From Dehalococcoidia bacterium (GTDB lineage Bacteria > Chloroflexota > Dehalococcoidia > Lucifugimonadales > CAZENU01), in contig CBDCTC010000005.1 of assembly GCA_965222125.1 (NCBI GenBank), forward strand, positions 403,699 to 467,698: a stretch of DNA of 64,000 nt. The letters run 5' to 3'. The translations under genes were made by a program, and so were the position numbers. Of the stretch, positions 37,521 to 47,200 are shown one piece after another (the first letter of the stretch is position 1; every line of letters begins with the position of its first letter). The notes below the pieces were generated by a model, which saw only the letters and a list, made by a program, of their open reading frames with translations, had not been told where the DNA came from and searched no databases.

Positions 37521-38441
37521 CTATCTCTCATCTCGTTCGTCGTCGCCGGTGACTTCGAGGAAGAACTCCTCCAGGGACGTTCCGACGGGCCCCATCTCCG
37601 CCACGTAGACTTCGGACCGGCTCAGGGCGGCCGTCAGGTCCGCCGACCGCTCGTGCGGCGCCGACGCGATCAGGGAGTCGTCCGAGGTAGTCACGTCGCC
37701 GACCCACTCCAGCCCCGATAGGATTTCGCTTGCTTTGGCGTTGTCCGTGGTTCTCAGGCGGACCTGCTCTCGTCCCCTGGAGCGCAGCATCTGGGCGACC
37801 TCACCCTGGGCGATCAGCTTGCCCTTGGAGATGATGGTGACGCTGTCGCAGACCTGCTCGACGTCGTGGAGCAGGTGGCTGGAGAGCAGCACCGTTCGAC
37901 CGTCCGTGCCGAGGCTGCGTATCAGATCTCGGACCTCGATCATGCCCTCCGGATCCATGCCGTTGGTCGGCTCGTCCAGGAACAGCAGCTCCGGGTCGCC
38001 GAGCATGGCGTAGGCCAGACCGAGGCGTTGCTTCATACCGAGCGAGTAGGTCTGAAATCGGCTGTCCGCGCGGGCCAGAAGGCCGACCCTGTCGAGCAGC
38101 TCATCTATCTCCCCTGGCGAGCCGCGGCCCGAGATGCCCTGGAAGTAGGCGAGGTTCCGGCGGCCGGACAGGTACGGGTAGAAGGATGGCGTCTCCACGA
38201 TCGCTCCGACGCGGTGCAGGGCCTGCCGGTGCCCGTCCGTTCCGCCGAAGAGGCTGGAGCTGCCGGAAGTCGGCCTCACGAGGCCGAGCAGCATCCCCAT
38301 AGTGGTCGTCTTGCCCGAGCCGTTCGGCCCGAGAAGCCCGTAGACGTGGCCCCGGCGCACCTCCATAGAGAGCCCGTCGACCGCGACGACCTCACCGTAC
38401 CGTTTCGTCAGTCCATCGGTCTGGATCACGAAGTCGCTCAT
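37521..38441 (-). CDS. ABC transporter ATP-binding protein (ABC-2 / drug-exporter type)
   Basis: Walker A GLLGPNGSGKTT, signature YSLGMKQRL, Walker B LLFLDEPTNGMD. Confidence 0.9.
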   Translation of the reverse strand: MSDFVIQTDGLTKRYGEVVAVDGLSMEVRRGHVYGLLGPNGSGKTTTMGMLLGLVRPTSGSSSLFGGTDGHRQALHRVGAIVETPSFYPYLSGRRNLAYFQGISGRGSPGEIDELLDRVGLLARADSRFQTYSLGMKQRLGLAYAMLGDPELLFLDEPTNGMDPEGMIEVRDLIRSLGTDGRTVLLSSHLLHDVEQVCDSVTIISKGKLIAQGEVAQMLRSRGREQVRLRTTDNAKASEILSGLEWVGDVTTSDDSLIASAPHERSADLTAALSRSEVYVAEMGPVGTSLEEFFLEVTGDDERDER

Positions 38442-38498
38442 GCGGAAGGCTCCTCCGCTCCGCTCACTATGACGGCCGGCGTGACGGCTTCCCGCGCC

Positions 38499-40625
38499 TC
38501 ATAGGAACAGGGGCGCGAAGACCAGGGCGACTATCGACATGAGCTTGATCAGGATGTTGAGCGACGGGCCGGACGTATCCTTGAAGGGGTCGCCGACGGT
38601 GTCGCCGGTGACTGCGGCGGCGTGCTGGCTGGAACCCTTGCCGCCAAGGTGGCCCGCCTCGATGTACTTCTTGGCGTTGTCCCACGCGCCGCCCGCGTTG
38701 GCCATCATGATCGCCAGCAGGAAGCCCGTCGCGATGGAGCCTATGAGCAGCCCGCCCAGGGCCCCTGGCCCCAGCACAATGCCGACGACGACCGGGACGA
38801 TGACAGCCAGCAGGCCGGGGAGGACCATCTCGCGCATGGCGCCGCGGGTGCTGATGTCCACGGCGCGGGCGTAGTCGGCTTCGGCTTTGCCCTCCATCAG
38901 CCCGTCGATCTCACGGAACTGCCGCCGGACCTCCGTCACCATCGCGTTGGCGGCCCTGCCGACGGCCTGCATGGTCAGCGCCGAGAACAGGAACGGCATC
39001 AGGCTGCCTATGATCAACCCCATCAGGAGCTCGACATTCAGCAGGTTGAAGTCCGCGGCCTCGAGCCCGGTGACCTGCGCGTAGGCGGCCATCAGCGCCA
39101 GCGCGGTCAGGACTGCCGAGCCTATCGCGAACCCCTTGCCGGTGGCCGCGGTCGTGTTGCCGAGGGAGTCCAGCGCGTCCGTGCGCTCGCGCACCTCTGG
39201 GCCCATGTGGGCCTGCTCCGCGATGCCGCCGGCGTTGTCGGCGACCGGGCCGTAGGCGTCGGTCGCGAGGGTGATGCCCAGCGTCGACAGCATCCCCACG
39301 GCCGCGAGGGCCACCCCGTAGGTGCCGGCCAACTCGTTCGTGATCCACATGGTGGCAACGATCACCAGTGCCGGGATGACGGTGCTCACCATGCCCAGGC
39401 CGATGCCGCCGATGATCACCGTGGCGTGGCCGGTCTCCGACTGCGCCGCCAACGACCGGGTGAACCTGAACTCGTACGAGGTGTAGACCTCCGAAGACGT
39501 ACCGATTATCTGCCCGGCAATCAGTCCCGTGAGGATCACCCAGAACAGCTCGAAGGGCAGATCGAGGAGGACTATCGCTATGCCGGAGCCAATGAGTATC
39601 AGCGCTCCGGCGCCCAGGATGCCGGTTCGGAGCGACCAGAGCAGGCGGCCCATTGTGGCGCCCTCGCCGGTGCGGACCAGGAAGGAGCCGAGTATCGAGG
39701 CCACGATGCCGATTGAAGCGACGAGAATCGGCAGCATGAAGATATTGGCCTGGAACACTGCGCCGATGTCGGACTGGCCGGACATGCCGCCAACTTCCAC
39801 GAACTTGGGCAGGGCGCCGTCGCTGACGACGTCCGACGAGATCAGGTATCCGGCGCCCACGATGGTGAGGGCGACGGCCGCGATGATCGAGCCCACGTAG
39901 GACTCGAACAGGTCGGCGCCCATGCCGGCCACGTCGCCCACGTTGTCGCCCACGTTGTCGGCGATGGTCGCCGGATTGCGCGGGTCATCCTCCGGGATGC
40001 CCGCCTCGATCTTGCCGACCAGGTCCGCGCCGACGTCCGCGGCCTTCGTGTAGATGCCGCCGCCTACTCTGGCGAACAGCGCAATGGACGACGCGCCGAA
40101 GCCGAAGCCCGCGATGACGCTGATGTCCTGGAAGACCCAGTACACGAGCGTGACGCCCAGCAGGCCGATCGACACCACCGAGATGCCCATAACGGTGCCG
40201 CTGTTGAACGCCACCCTCAACGCGGAGTTCAGGCTGGTCTGGGCCTTCACGACGGTGCGGGTGTTGGCGCGCACGGCGATGTTCATGCCAATGAGACCAG
40301 CCAGCGCGGAGCCTACCGCGCCGATCAGGTACGCGATTGCGGTCGACGGCAGGCCGCCTCCTCCGCCGTCCGTCGTATTGGCGGCGACGCGGCCGGTGAG
40401 GTCGTAGTCGATGAAGAGGGCCAGGACTACGGCTATGACGACGACGAACACGGCGAGCAGCCGGTATTCACGCGACAGGAACGCCATTGCCCCTTCCTGT
40501 ATAGCCCGTCCGATGTACTGGACGCGCTCGCTGCCCTGGTCCTGTCTGAGGATCCAGAGCGTCAGGACGAAGGCGAATCCGAGGCCTACTACGGCCGCTG
40601 CCAGTGCGATGTAGATGATTGCCAA
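38499..40625 (-). CDS. hppA: Membrane-bound ion-translocating pyrophosphatase
   Basis: 708 aa, multi-[61 protein letters not shown] motifs. Confidence 0.93.
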   Translation of the reverse strand: MAIIYIALAAAVVGLGFAFVLTLWILRQDQGSERVQYIGRAIQEGAMAFLSREYRLLAVFVVVIAVVLALFIDYDLTGRVAANTTDGGGGGLPSTAIAYLIGAVGSALAGLIGMNIAVRANTRTVVKAQTSLNSALRVAFNSGTVMGISVVSIGLLGVTLVYWVFQDISVIAGFGFGASSIALFARVGGGIYTKAADVGADLVGKIEAGIPEDDPRNPATIADNVGDNVGDVAGMGADLFESYVGSIIAAVALTIVGAGYLISSDVVSDGALPKFVEVGGMSGQSDIGAVFQANIFMLPILVASIGIVASILGSFLVRTGEGATMGRLLWSLRTGILGAGALILIGSGIAIVLLDLPFELFWVILTGLIAGQIIGTSSEVYTSYEFRFTRSLAAQSETGHATVIIGGIGLGMVSTVIPALVIVATMWITNELAGTYGVALAAVGMLSTLGITLATDAYGPVADNAGGIAEQAHMGPEVRERTDALDSLGNTTAATGKGFAIGSAVLTALALMAAYAQVTGLEAADFNLLNVELLMGLIIGSLMPFLFSALTMQAVGRAANAMVTEVRRQFREIDGLMEGKAEADYARAVDISTRGAMREMVLPGLLAVIVPVVVGIVLGPGALGGLLIGSIATGFLLAIMMANAGGAWDNAKKYIEAGHLGGKGSSQHAAAVTGDTVGDPFKDTSGPSLNILIKLMSIVALVFAPLFL

Positions 40626-40869
40626 TGTTTAACTCCGCAATAAGGTACCGCCCGGTGGGGAAGACCTGGTTTGGATTGACGGCTTCCGCAGGCCGGGCCG
40701 CATCGCCGGAAAAGCTACCAGACGGACATAGACGGGTCAAGGAATCGGGTCTTCCCAAATCCCCCACCTCCGTCATACCTGCGAACGGAGACCTTTGCAT
40801 AACTCCCGTTGCGGGAGACAGCGGTGGCGGAGATGCCGAGTATTTCTAGCAGGGAACCCCCAACCCTGG

Positions 40870-40889
40870 ATTCCCGCCTTCGCGGGAAT
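40870..40889. repeat. REP-like palindrome (attcccgc-cttc-gcgggaat), flanked by ctgg / gacgg
   Basis: Perfect 8-bp stem with a 4-nt loop. Same architecture as 2452-2473. Confidence 0.7.
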
Positions 40890-40961
40890 GACGGTTGTTC
40901 GCGGGAATGGCGGTTGTTTAGCGGGAATGGCGGTTGTTTAAAGGTCTCGGAACGCGGGAAT
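40882..40961. repeat. Short tandem array: three 19-20-nt units gcgggaatg(a/g)cggttgtt(c/ta), plus a fourth partial gcgggaat
   Basis: Units at 40882-40900, 40901-40920 and 40921-40940. Partial unit at 40954-40961. The first unit is the 3' arm of the palindrome. Confidence 0.75.
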
Positions 40962-41128
40962 CCATCCCCGACAAGGTGCGCCACTATGACACCGGAAGCA
41001 GTCCGTCACGCCGGCCGGCCCAATCAGGTTGGGAATCTAGGTCTTCCCGGCTCCCCGCCGATGCTCCGATCGGGTATAATTCGCGGCGCATTTCGCACGA
41101 CGTACGACGTAGCCTAGGGAGGACTGGC

Positions 41129-42031
41129 ATGACTGACTTTACCGCCTACTTCAACGGCGAATGGGTGCCCTATAGCCAGGTCAAGATAGATCCGATGGAC
41201 CGCGGCTTCTCGGTGGCCGACGTCGTCTTCGACGTGGCGCGGACCTTCGACGGCAAGAGCTTTCGTATGAAGGAGCACGTCGACCGGCTGTACCGGTCGC
41301 TCAAGTACGTCCGCATCGATCCCGGTCTGTCCCCCGAGGAGATGATGGACGTCAGTGAGGAGGCGATACGGCGCAACGAGCACCTTCGCGCGGAGGGCGG
41401 CGACTTCACAATCAGCCAGTTCGTGACCCGCGGCAAGGGCCGGGCCTACGACGCCGGGCCCCCGACTGTCTGCGTCAGGATATACGACCTCGACTCCAGC
41501 CGGTACGCGGACAAGTACGAGACCGGTATGCACGGGGTCATCACCCGCACCCGGAGCTACTCGCCCGAGTCCCTGGACCCGAAGGTGAAGCACTACAGCC
41601 GTATGAATTTCAACCTGGCGGAGCTGGAGGCCAACGACGTCGATCCGGGCGCCTGGGCCATCCTGACCGACAACGAGGGGAATCTCACCGAGGGCATCGG
41701 ATACAACGTGCTCCTCGTGACCGACGGCGTAATACGCTCGCCCAGCGACCGCGCAATCCTTCAGGGCGTCTCCCGCGGCATGGTATTCGACGTCGCCCGG
41801 CAGCTCGACATCCCCGTCGTCGAGGAAGACCTGCAGCCCTACGACCTCTACACCGCCGACGAGGCCTTCTTCACGAGCACGAGCCCCTGCGTTCTGCCCC
41901 TGACGGTCGTGGACCACCGCCAGATCGGCGACGGCAGGCCCGGCCCGATCACGCAGCAGCTACTGGCCGCGTGGAGCGAGGCTGTCGGCGTGGACATAGT
42001 CGACCAGGCGGTCCGGCGCGCCGCCAAGTAG
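41129..42031 (+). CDS. Class IV aminotransferase (branched-chain / D-amino-acid aminotransferase family)
   Basis: Start at MTDFTAYFNGEWVPY. DRGFSVADVVFDVART, LDPKVKHYSRMN, EGIGYNVLLV and ILQGVSRG motifs. Confidence 0.85.
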   Translation: MTDFTAYFNGEWVPYSQVKIDPMDRGFSVADVVFDVARTFDGKSFRMKEHVDRLYRSLKYVRIDPGLSPEEMMDVSEEAIRRNEHLRAEGGDFTISQFVTRGKGRAYDAGPPTVCVRIYDLDSSRYADKYETGMHGVITRTRSYSPESLDPKVKHYSRMNFNLAELEANDVDPGAWAILTDNEGNLTEGIGYNVLLVTDGVIRSPSDRAILQGVSRGMVFDVARQLDIPVVEEDLQPYDLYTADEAFFTSTSPCVLPLTVVDHRQIGDGRPGPITQQLLAAWSEAVGVDIVDQAVRRAAK

Positions 42032-42061
42032 AAGCGGGTCCCGGAAAGCGGTTGGCAGCCG

Positions 42062-43327
42062 ATGGCGCGTAGACTGCCCGCGGCGCCGTCGTGGACGAAG
42101 CTCGGCTCCGTCGCGACGCTGCGCACCCCCAGCTTTCCGTACCTGCTGCTCGACAACGCGTTCGCCATGGTGGGCTTCCACCTTCGCACGATGGCGCAGG
42201 CGTGGCTCGTGCTGAAGATGACCGACTCGGACGCCTGGGTCGGGCTCGCCAACGGGCTGCCCGCAATACCCGTCGCCATCCTCGCCCTCTTCGGCGGCGT
42301 TCTGGCGGACCGCGCAGACCGGCGCACTCTTCTCGTTTGGACGAGGTTGAGCTTCGCCGTATGCGGCGTCGCTACCGCCGCGCTCATCTCCGCCGGCGTC
42401 ATAGAGCTGCCGTACATCATCGTTCTCGCATTCGTGGTCGCGGCCGCCACGTCCTTCGGGGTTACCGTCAGCCAGACGCTGGTAGTCGACGTCGTCGGTA
42501 GAGATCGGCTGTTCAGCGCGAACGCGTTCTTCGGCATGGCCATGACCGCGGCGGCCGTGGTAGGCCCGGCACTCGGCGGCGTACTGATCGCGCGGTTTGG
42601 GGTGGACGCCGCGTTCTACGCCGTCGCCGTGCTTCTCGCGGTGGCGGCGGCCTTCGCGTCGCTGGTGCGGGTGGAGAGACCGGCGCCGCGGGCCGGCGAT
42701 ACCTCCGTGATGTACGACCTCAGGGAAGGGCTCCGCTATGCGATGGCTACGCCGGCCCTGCGCTGGCTGCTCCTGTTGGGGTTCCTGCTGGTCTTCGCTG
42801 GAATGTACATGCCGCTGGTCCCGCGATACGCCCGAGACGTGCTTGGCGCGGGGCCCGGAGTCTACGGCACGCTGCTCGCGGCAATGGGGGCGGGTGGCCT
42901 CGTCGGCTCCGCGACGCTGATCGCCGCGGGCAACGTTCGGTCGCTGGCGTTGGTGCTCGCAGGCTCGGCCGTGCTCTTCCTCGTACTGATGGTCGTCTTC
43001 GCCTTCTCGACGACGCTGCCGCTGTCCGCGGCCGTCTCCTTCGGATTTGGCGTCCTGATCGTGTGGTGGTCCACCGCCGTTCGCACCGCCTTTCAGATCA
43101 CCGCGGCCGACGAGATGCGGGGACGAGTCATGGGGCTGTTGGCCCTGAACGTGCAGATGCTCACGCTGGCATGGCTGGTAGGCGGCGTCGGCTCGGAGCT
43201 CATCGGTCCGCGGGCCACGATGATACTCGGCGCCGCGGTGACGGCCTTCTTCTACGTCCTGGCCTACGCACTCTCCCCGGACCTCAGGCGAGTCGGCAAG
43301 GCGGGCTCGTTCGCGTCGGCGGGCTAG
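42062..43327 (+). CDS. MFS transporter
   Basis: 421 aa, about 12 TM segments. GGVLADRADRR is the loop 2-3 motif. The stop codon TAG lies inside the CTAG target of the downstream IS. Confidence 0.85.
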   Translation: MARRLPAAPSWTKLGSVATLRTPSFPYLLLDNAFAMVGFHLRTMAQAWLVLKMTDSDAWVGLANGLPAIPVAILALFGGVLADRADRRTLLVWTRLSFAVCGVATAALISAGVIELPYIIVLAFVVAAATSFGVTVSQTLVVDVVGRDRLFSANAFFGMAMTAAAVVGPALGGVLIARFGVDAAFYAVAVLLAVAAAFASLVRVERPAPRAGDTSVMYDLREGLRYAMATPALRWLLLLGFLLVFAGMYMPLVPRYARDVLGAGPGVYGTLLAAMGAGGLVGSATLIAAGNVRSLALVLAGSAVLFLVLMVVFAFSTTLPLSAAVSFGFGVLIVWWSTAVRTAFQITAADEMRGRVMGLLALNVQMLTLAWLVGGVGSELIGPRATMILGAAVTAFFYVLAYALSPDLRRVGKAGSFASAG

Positions 43328-44138
43328 GGCGTGTTCACACAAAGCGGAGTGCATCGAAGATGAGTGCAAATGAGATGAACCCAAGGAAGATCATCGAGCT
43401 CCTCAAAACGTGAGAAGATGCGACGAAACCCCTTCAACCGCCGGAACAGCCTCTCTATTTCGTTGCGTCTCTTGTACATCTCCCGGTCGTACTCCCACGG
43501 ATGAACCCTGGTGCTGAGGGGCGGAACAACGGGAGTGAACCCCAAGGCCAATGCAAGCTGGCGGGTCTCATTGCCCTCGTATGCTCGGTCCATTAACAGG
43601 TACGGGCTCTGAACCTGCGATCCCAGCCTGTTGAGCAACTTGCGCCCCTCCGGCGCATCGTGGGCTTGGCCCGGAGAGAGGGAAAAGGTTATGGCTGTTC
43701 GAGCATCCGAGGCAACCATATGAATCTTGGTGGTCCAGCCGCCCCGGGACTTGCCGATGGACTGCGTTCCATTTTTTTTAACGCACCAGTGCCATCAGGA
43801 TGCACCTTGACAATGGTGCTGTCCATCGAGACCGCCTCCAGTTTGATTCGCACTATCTGTTCTCGTTGCAGGTATTCGAACACCCTGTCGAGCACCCCGT
43901 TCTTCGACCACCGGTTCATTCGAGTGTATACAGTGTGCCAGTTGCCAAACCGGCTGGGCAACCCCCGCCACTTGCACCCGTGCTCGGCGACATACAGCAT
44001 GGCGTTCAGCACTTGCAGGTTGGACAGCCTCACGTTGCCACGCTGAACAGGGAAGACTGAAGCTATGCGTTCGTACTGAGCTTCTGTAATTTCCATACCT
44101 GTATGTATCAAATTCAGGTTGTTTTGTGTGAACAGGCC
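43328..44138 (-). mobile_element. IS5-family (IS427-group-like) insertion sequence, 811 bp
   Basis: Inverted repeats ggcGtgttcacacaaaGc / ggcCtgttcacacaaaAc (16 of 18). Flanking CTAG on both sides (43324-43327 and 44139-44142). Two-frame transposase with an A8 slippery run. Confidence 0.8.
43335..44096 (-). pseudogene. IS5-family transposase: orfA/orfB joined at an A8 slippery site (43772-43779), with an additional 3' frame disruption near 43385-43397
   Basis: MEITEAQYERIASVFPVQRGN...CKWRGLP...VHPDGTGALKK | NGTQSIGKSRGGWTTKIHMVASD...MDRAYEGNETR...RRNEIERLFRRLKGFRRIFSRFEELD. The expected tail FLGFISFALIFDALRFV* is in yet another frame. Confidence 0.75.
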
Positions 44139-44239
44139 CTAGTCCTTGCGGAGTCCGCCCCGCAGGGAGCCCGAGTACACTGGCATGCGGCCGGCTCTGT
44201 CCACGACGCACGGTCTCAGGCTAGACTAAGGCGAAGCCC

Positions 44240-47200
44240 ATGCAGCTAGCCAGCAAGCTGAATCCCCTGGGAAGCGACCGGCGGTTCGACCGGCTCGACC
44301 TCGTCGCCCTTGCCGCGATCGTCCTGGTCGCGATGGTGCTGAGGCTCTACGGGGTCGACTGGGACCGCGGGTACTGCTACACGCCGCATCCGGACGAGCG
44401 GGCCATCCTGTCCCATGTCGCGGAGCTCTCGCTGCCGTCCGTCACAAACGTTGGCGTCCTGCTCGACGCCGACGAAAGCCCCTGGAACCCCCGCTGGTTC
44501 CCGTACGGCAGCTTTCCGCTCTACCTGCTGAGCACCGCCGCCGCGGCCTACGAGACCGTGCCGAGCCTTCCGCTGTACTCGCCGTGCGGCGGCGGCGGGC
44601 ACGACCTGCGCGCGCTGGGCAGGGTGATCTCCGCCCTCGCGGACGTGGGGACGGTCGCCGTCTTGTACCTGCTGGCCCGGCGGATGTACGGCCGCCGCGA
44701 GGCGATTCTGGCGTCTCTGCTGGTCGCGCTCGCGGTCATCCACATCCAGCTCAGTCACTTCTTCGCCGTCGACACGATAGCGACCCTCTGCGCCGTCCTG
44801 GCCGTCTACTTCATGCTGCGGGTTGGCTCGGGCGGCCGGCTTCGGGACTCGATACTCGCCGGCGTCTTCGTCGGCCTCGGGCTAGCGACGAAGATCAGCC
44901 TTCTGCCGATCTTCCTCGCGCTCGCCACGGCGCACGGCGTCTATGTCCTGGGCGCGCTCAGGTCCGGCAGAGGTCGCGCTCCGGTCGAAGGCGCGGCGTT
45001 CGCGGCCATAGCGGGGCTGGCCGCGGCTACCGCGGCGTCGCTGGCCGTGCTGTTCGTCGCGCAGCCGTACATGTTTCTCGACTGGTCGCAGTTCTCCGAG
45101 TCCGTCTCAGAGCAGTCCGAGATGGTGCGCCGGATCAGGGACTACCCCTACACGCGACAGTACGTCGATACGATCCCGTACTGGTACCATTTCCGGCAAC
45201 TCTCAACGTGGGGCCTGGGATGGCCCCTGGGACTGCTCGCGTTGGCGGGCCTGGCGTACGCGGCGCTGCGCGGAGTGCGGCCGCGCGTGGGCGCCGGCTA
45301 TCTCTTGGCCGGCGCCGCCGTCCCGGCAGCCATACTGATGCTGTCCAGCGGCCTGCCCGCCATCGTGCTCGCCACGGCCGTCGGCTCCACCGCGCTGTTG
45401 GCCACGCTGGCGTTCCGGTCCCACGTCTCGTGGCCCGCGGTCATAGTGCTGGCGTGGGTGGTGCCATACTTGCTGATCACCGGCGCGTTCGACGTGAAGT
45501 TCCTCCGGTACCTGCTCCCGATCACGCCGTTCCTCGTGCTGTTCGGCTCGAGGATGCTGATTGCTGGCTGGGACCGGCTCGGCAGGGGCAGGGGAACGCG
45601 CCCGGCCCGGATAGCGGTCGCGGCCGCGGCGGCGGTCGTTGTCGCGGGCACCGCCTTCTACGCCTTCGCCTACACCGCGGTCTACAGGGACGAGCACCCG
45701 GGGGTCCGGCTGTCGGGATGGCTGAACGAGAACGCGCAGCCCGGCTCGCTGGTGCTGATGGAGCATTGGGAGGAGGGCCTCCCGGACGTCGCGGACTTCC
45801 GATTCAAGCGGCTGCCGCTGTACGAGTCGGATACCGAAGACAAGCTGTACAACCTGTCGACGGACCTGGCCGAGGCGGACTATCTTGTCCTGTTCAGCAA
45901 CCGGCTGTACGGGACCATTCCCAGGCTTCCCGAACGCTACCCGGTCTCGACCGAGTACTACCGGCTCCTGTTCGACGGCGGCCTCGGGTACGAGCTCGCC
46001 GAGGCCATGTCTTCCTACCCCCGGCTCGCCGGCGTGAGCTTCGTCGACGATTCTCTGGCCAGGACGGATCTCGCGACGCCGGCGGCGATAGAGTCGGCGC
46101 GAGAAGCGCCCATCGTCCTGGACCTCGGCTGGGCGGACGAGAGTTTTTCAGTATACGACCACCCGCTGGGCCTCGTGTTCGAGAACGTCGCCCGGCTCGA
46201 CGCCGAAGCCATCCGGGTCGCGATCATGGAGGCGGCGCCGGCCGACGCTCTGGATCGCGGCCCGCCGGAGGCGAGGCCGTTGGGGCTGCTCATGTCGCCC
46301 GAAGAGGCCCGCAGCCAGCGCGAGGGCGGAACGTGGACCGGCATAGTCCGTGCCGATAGCTGGACCAACGACGTTCCGACGCTGGCATGGCTGCTCGCCG
46401 TGCAGGGCATCGCGCTCGTCACCCTCCCCGCGGCGATGCTGCTCTTCGGACCGCTGTCGGACCGCGGCTACCTGCTCGCCAAGCCGCTGGGGATTCTGGT
46501 CGTCGGTCTCATCGTGTGGCTCCTGGCGAGCCTGCGCTGGATGGCGTTCGGACGCGAGTCGGTCGGCGTCGCCGTGCTGTTGGTCGCCGCGGTATCCGTC
46601 GCGCTGCTCGCGGTCCGTCGTAAGGAGCTGTTCGACGCAATACGCCGACGGTGGGGGATATTCGTGGTCGGCGAGGCCGTTTTCGTGGTCGCATTCCTCG
46701 CGTTCGTTCTCATGAGGATGGCGAACCCGGACCTGTGGCATTCGCACCTGGGCGGCGAGAAGCCCATGGACCTGGCTTACCTGAGCGCCGTGCTCAAGTC
46801 GAGCTACATGCCGCCCTACGACCCGTGGTTCAGCGACGGCTACATCAACTACTACTACATGGGCCAGTTCTTCGTGGCGACACTGATTCACGCGACGGGA
46901 ATCGACCCAGGCGTCGCGTTCAACCTCGCGGTCGCGCTCTTCTTCGCCCTGACCGCCGCCGGCGCGTTCAGCATCGTCTACAACCTCGCCGAGGGCACCC
47001 GCCAGGGTCGAGTTCGCCTTGGGGGCGCCGCCGGACGCATGACAGGCAGCATCTCCCCCGTGCTGGCGGGAATGGCCGGCGCGTTCTTCGTGGCCGTCAT
47101 AGGCAATCTCGACGGCGCGATCCAGGTCGGGCAGGGGGTCTGGAGGGTGTTGGTCGAGAACGCGTCGTTCGGCTCCTTTGACTTCTGGCGCAGCAGCCGG

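Noticed and set aside
40882-40961. Possible CRISPR array
   Set aside because: The 19-20-nt units are directly abutting with no spacers. There are only about 3.5 copies, no cas genes are in the window, and the unit derives from a REP-like palindrome arm.
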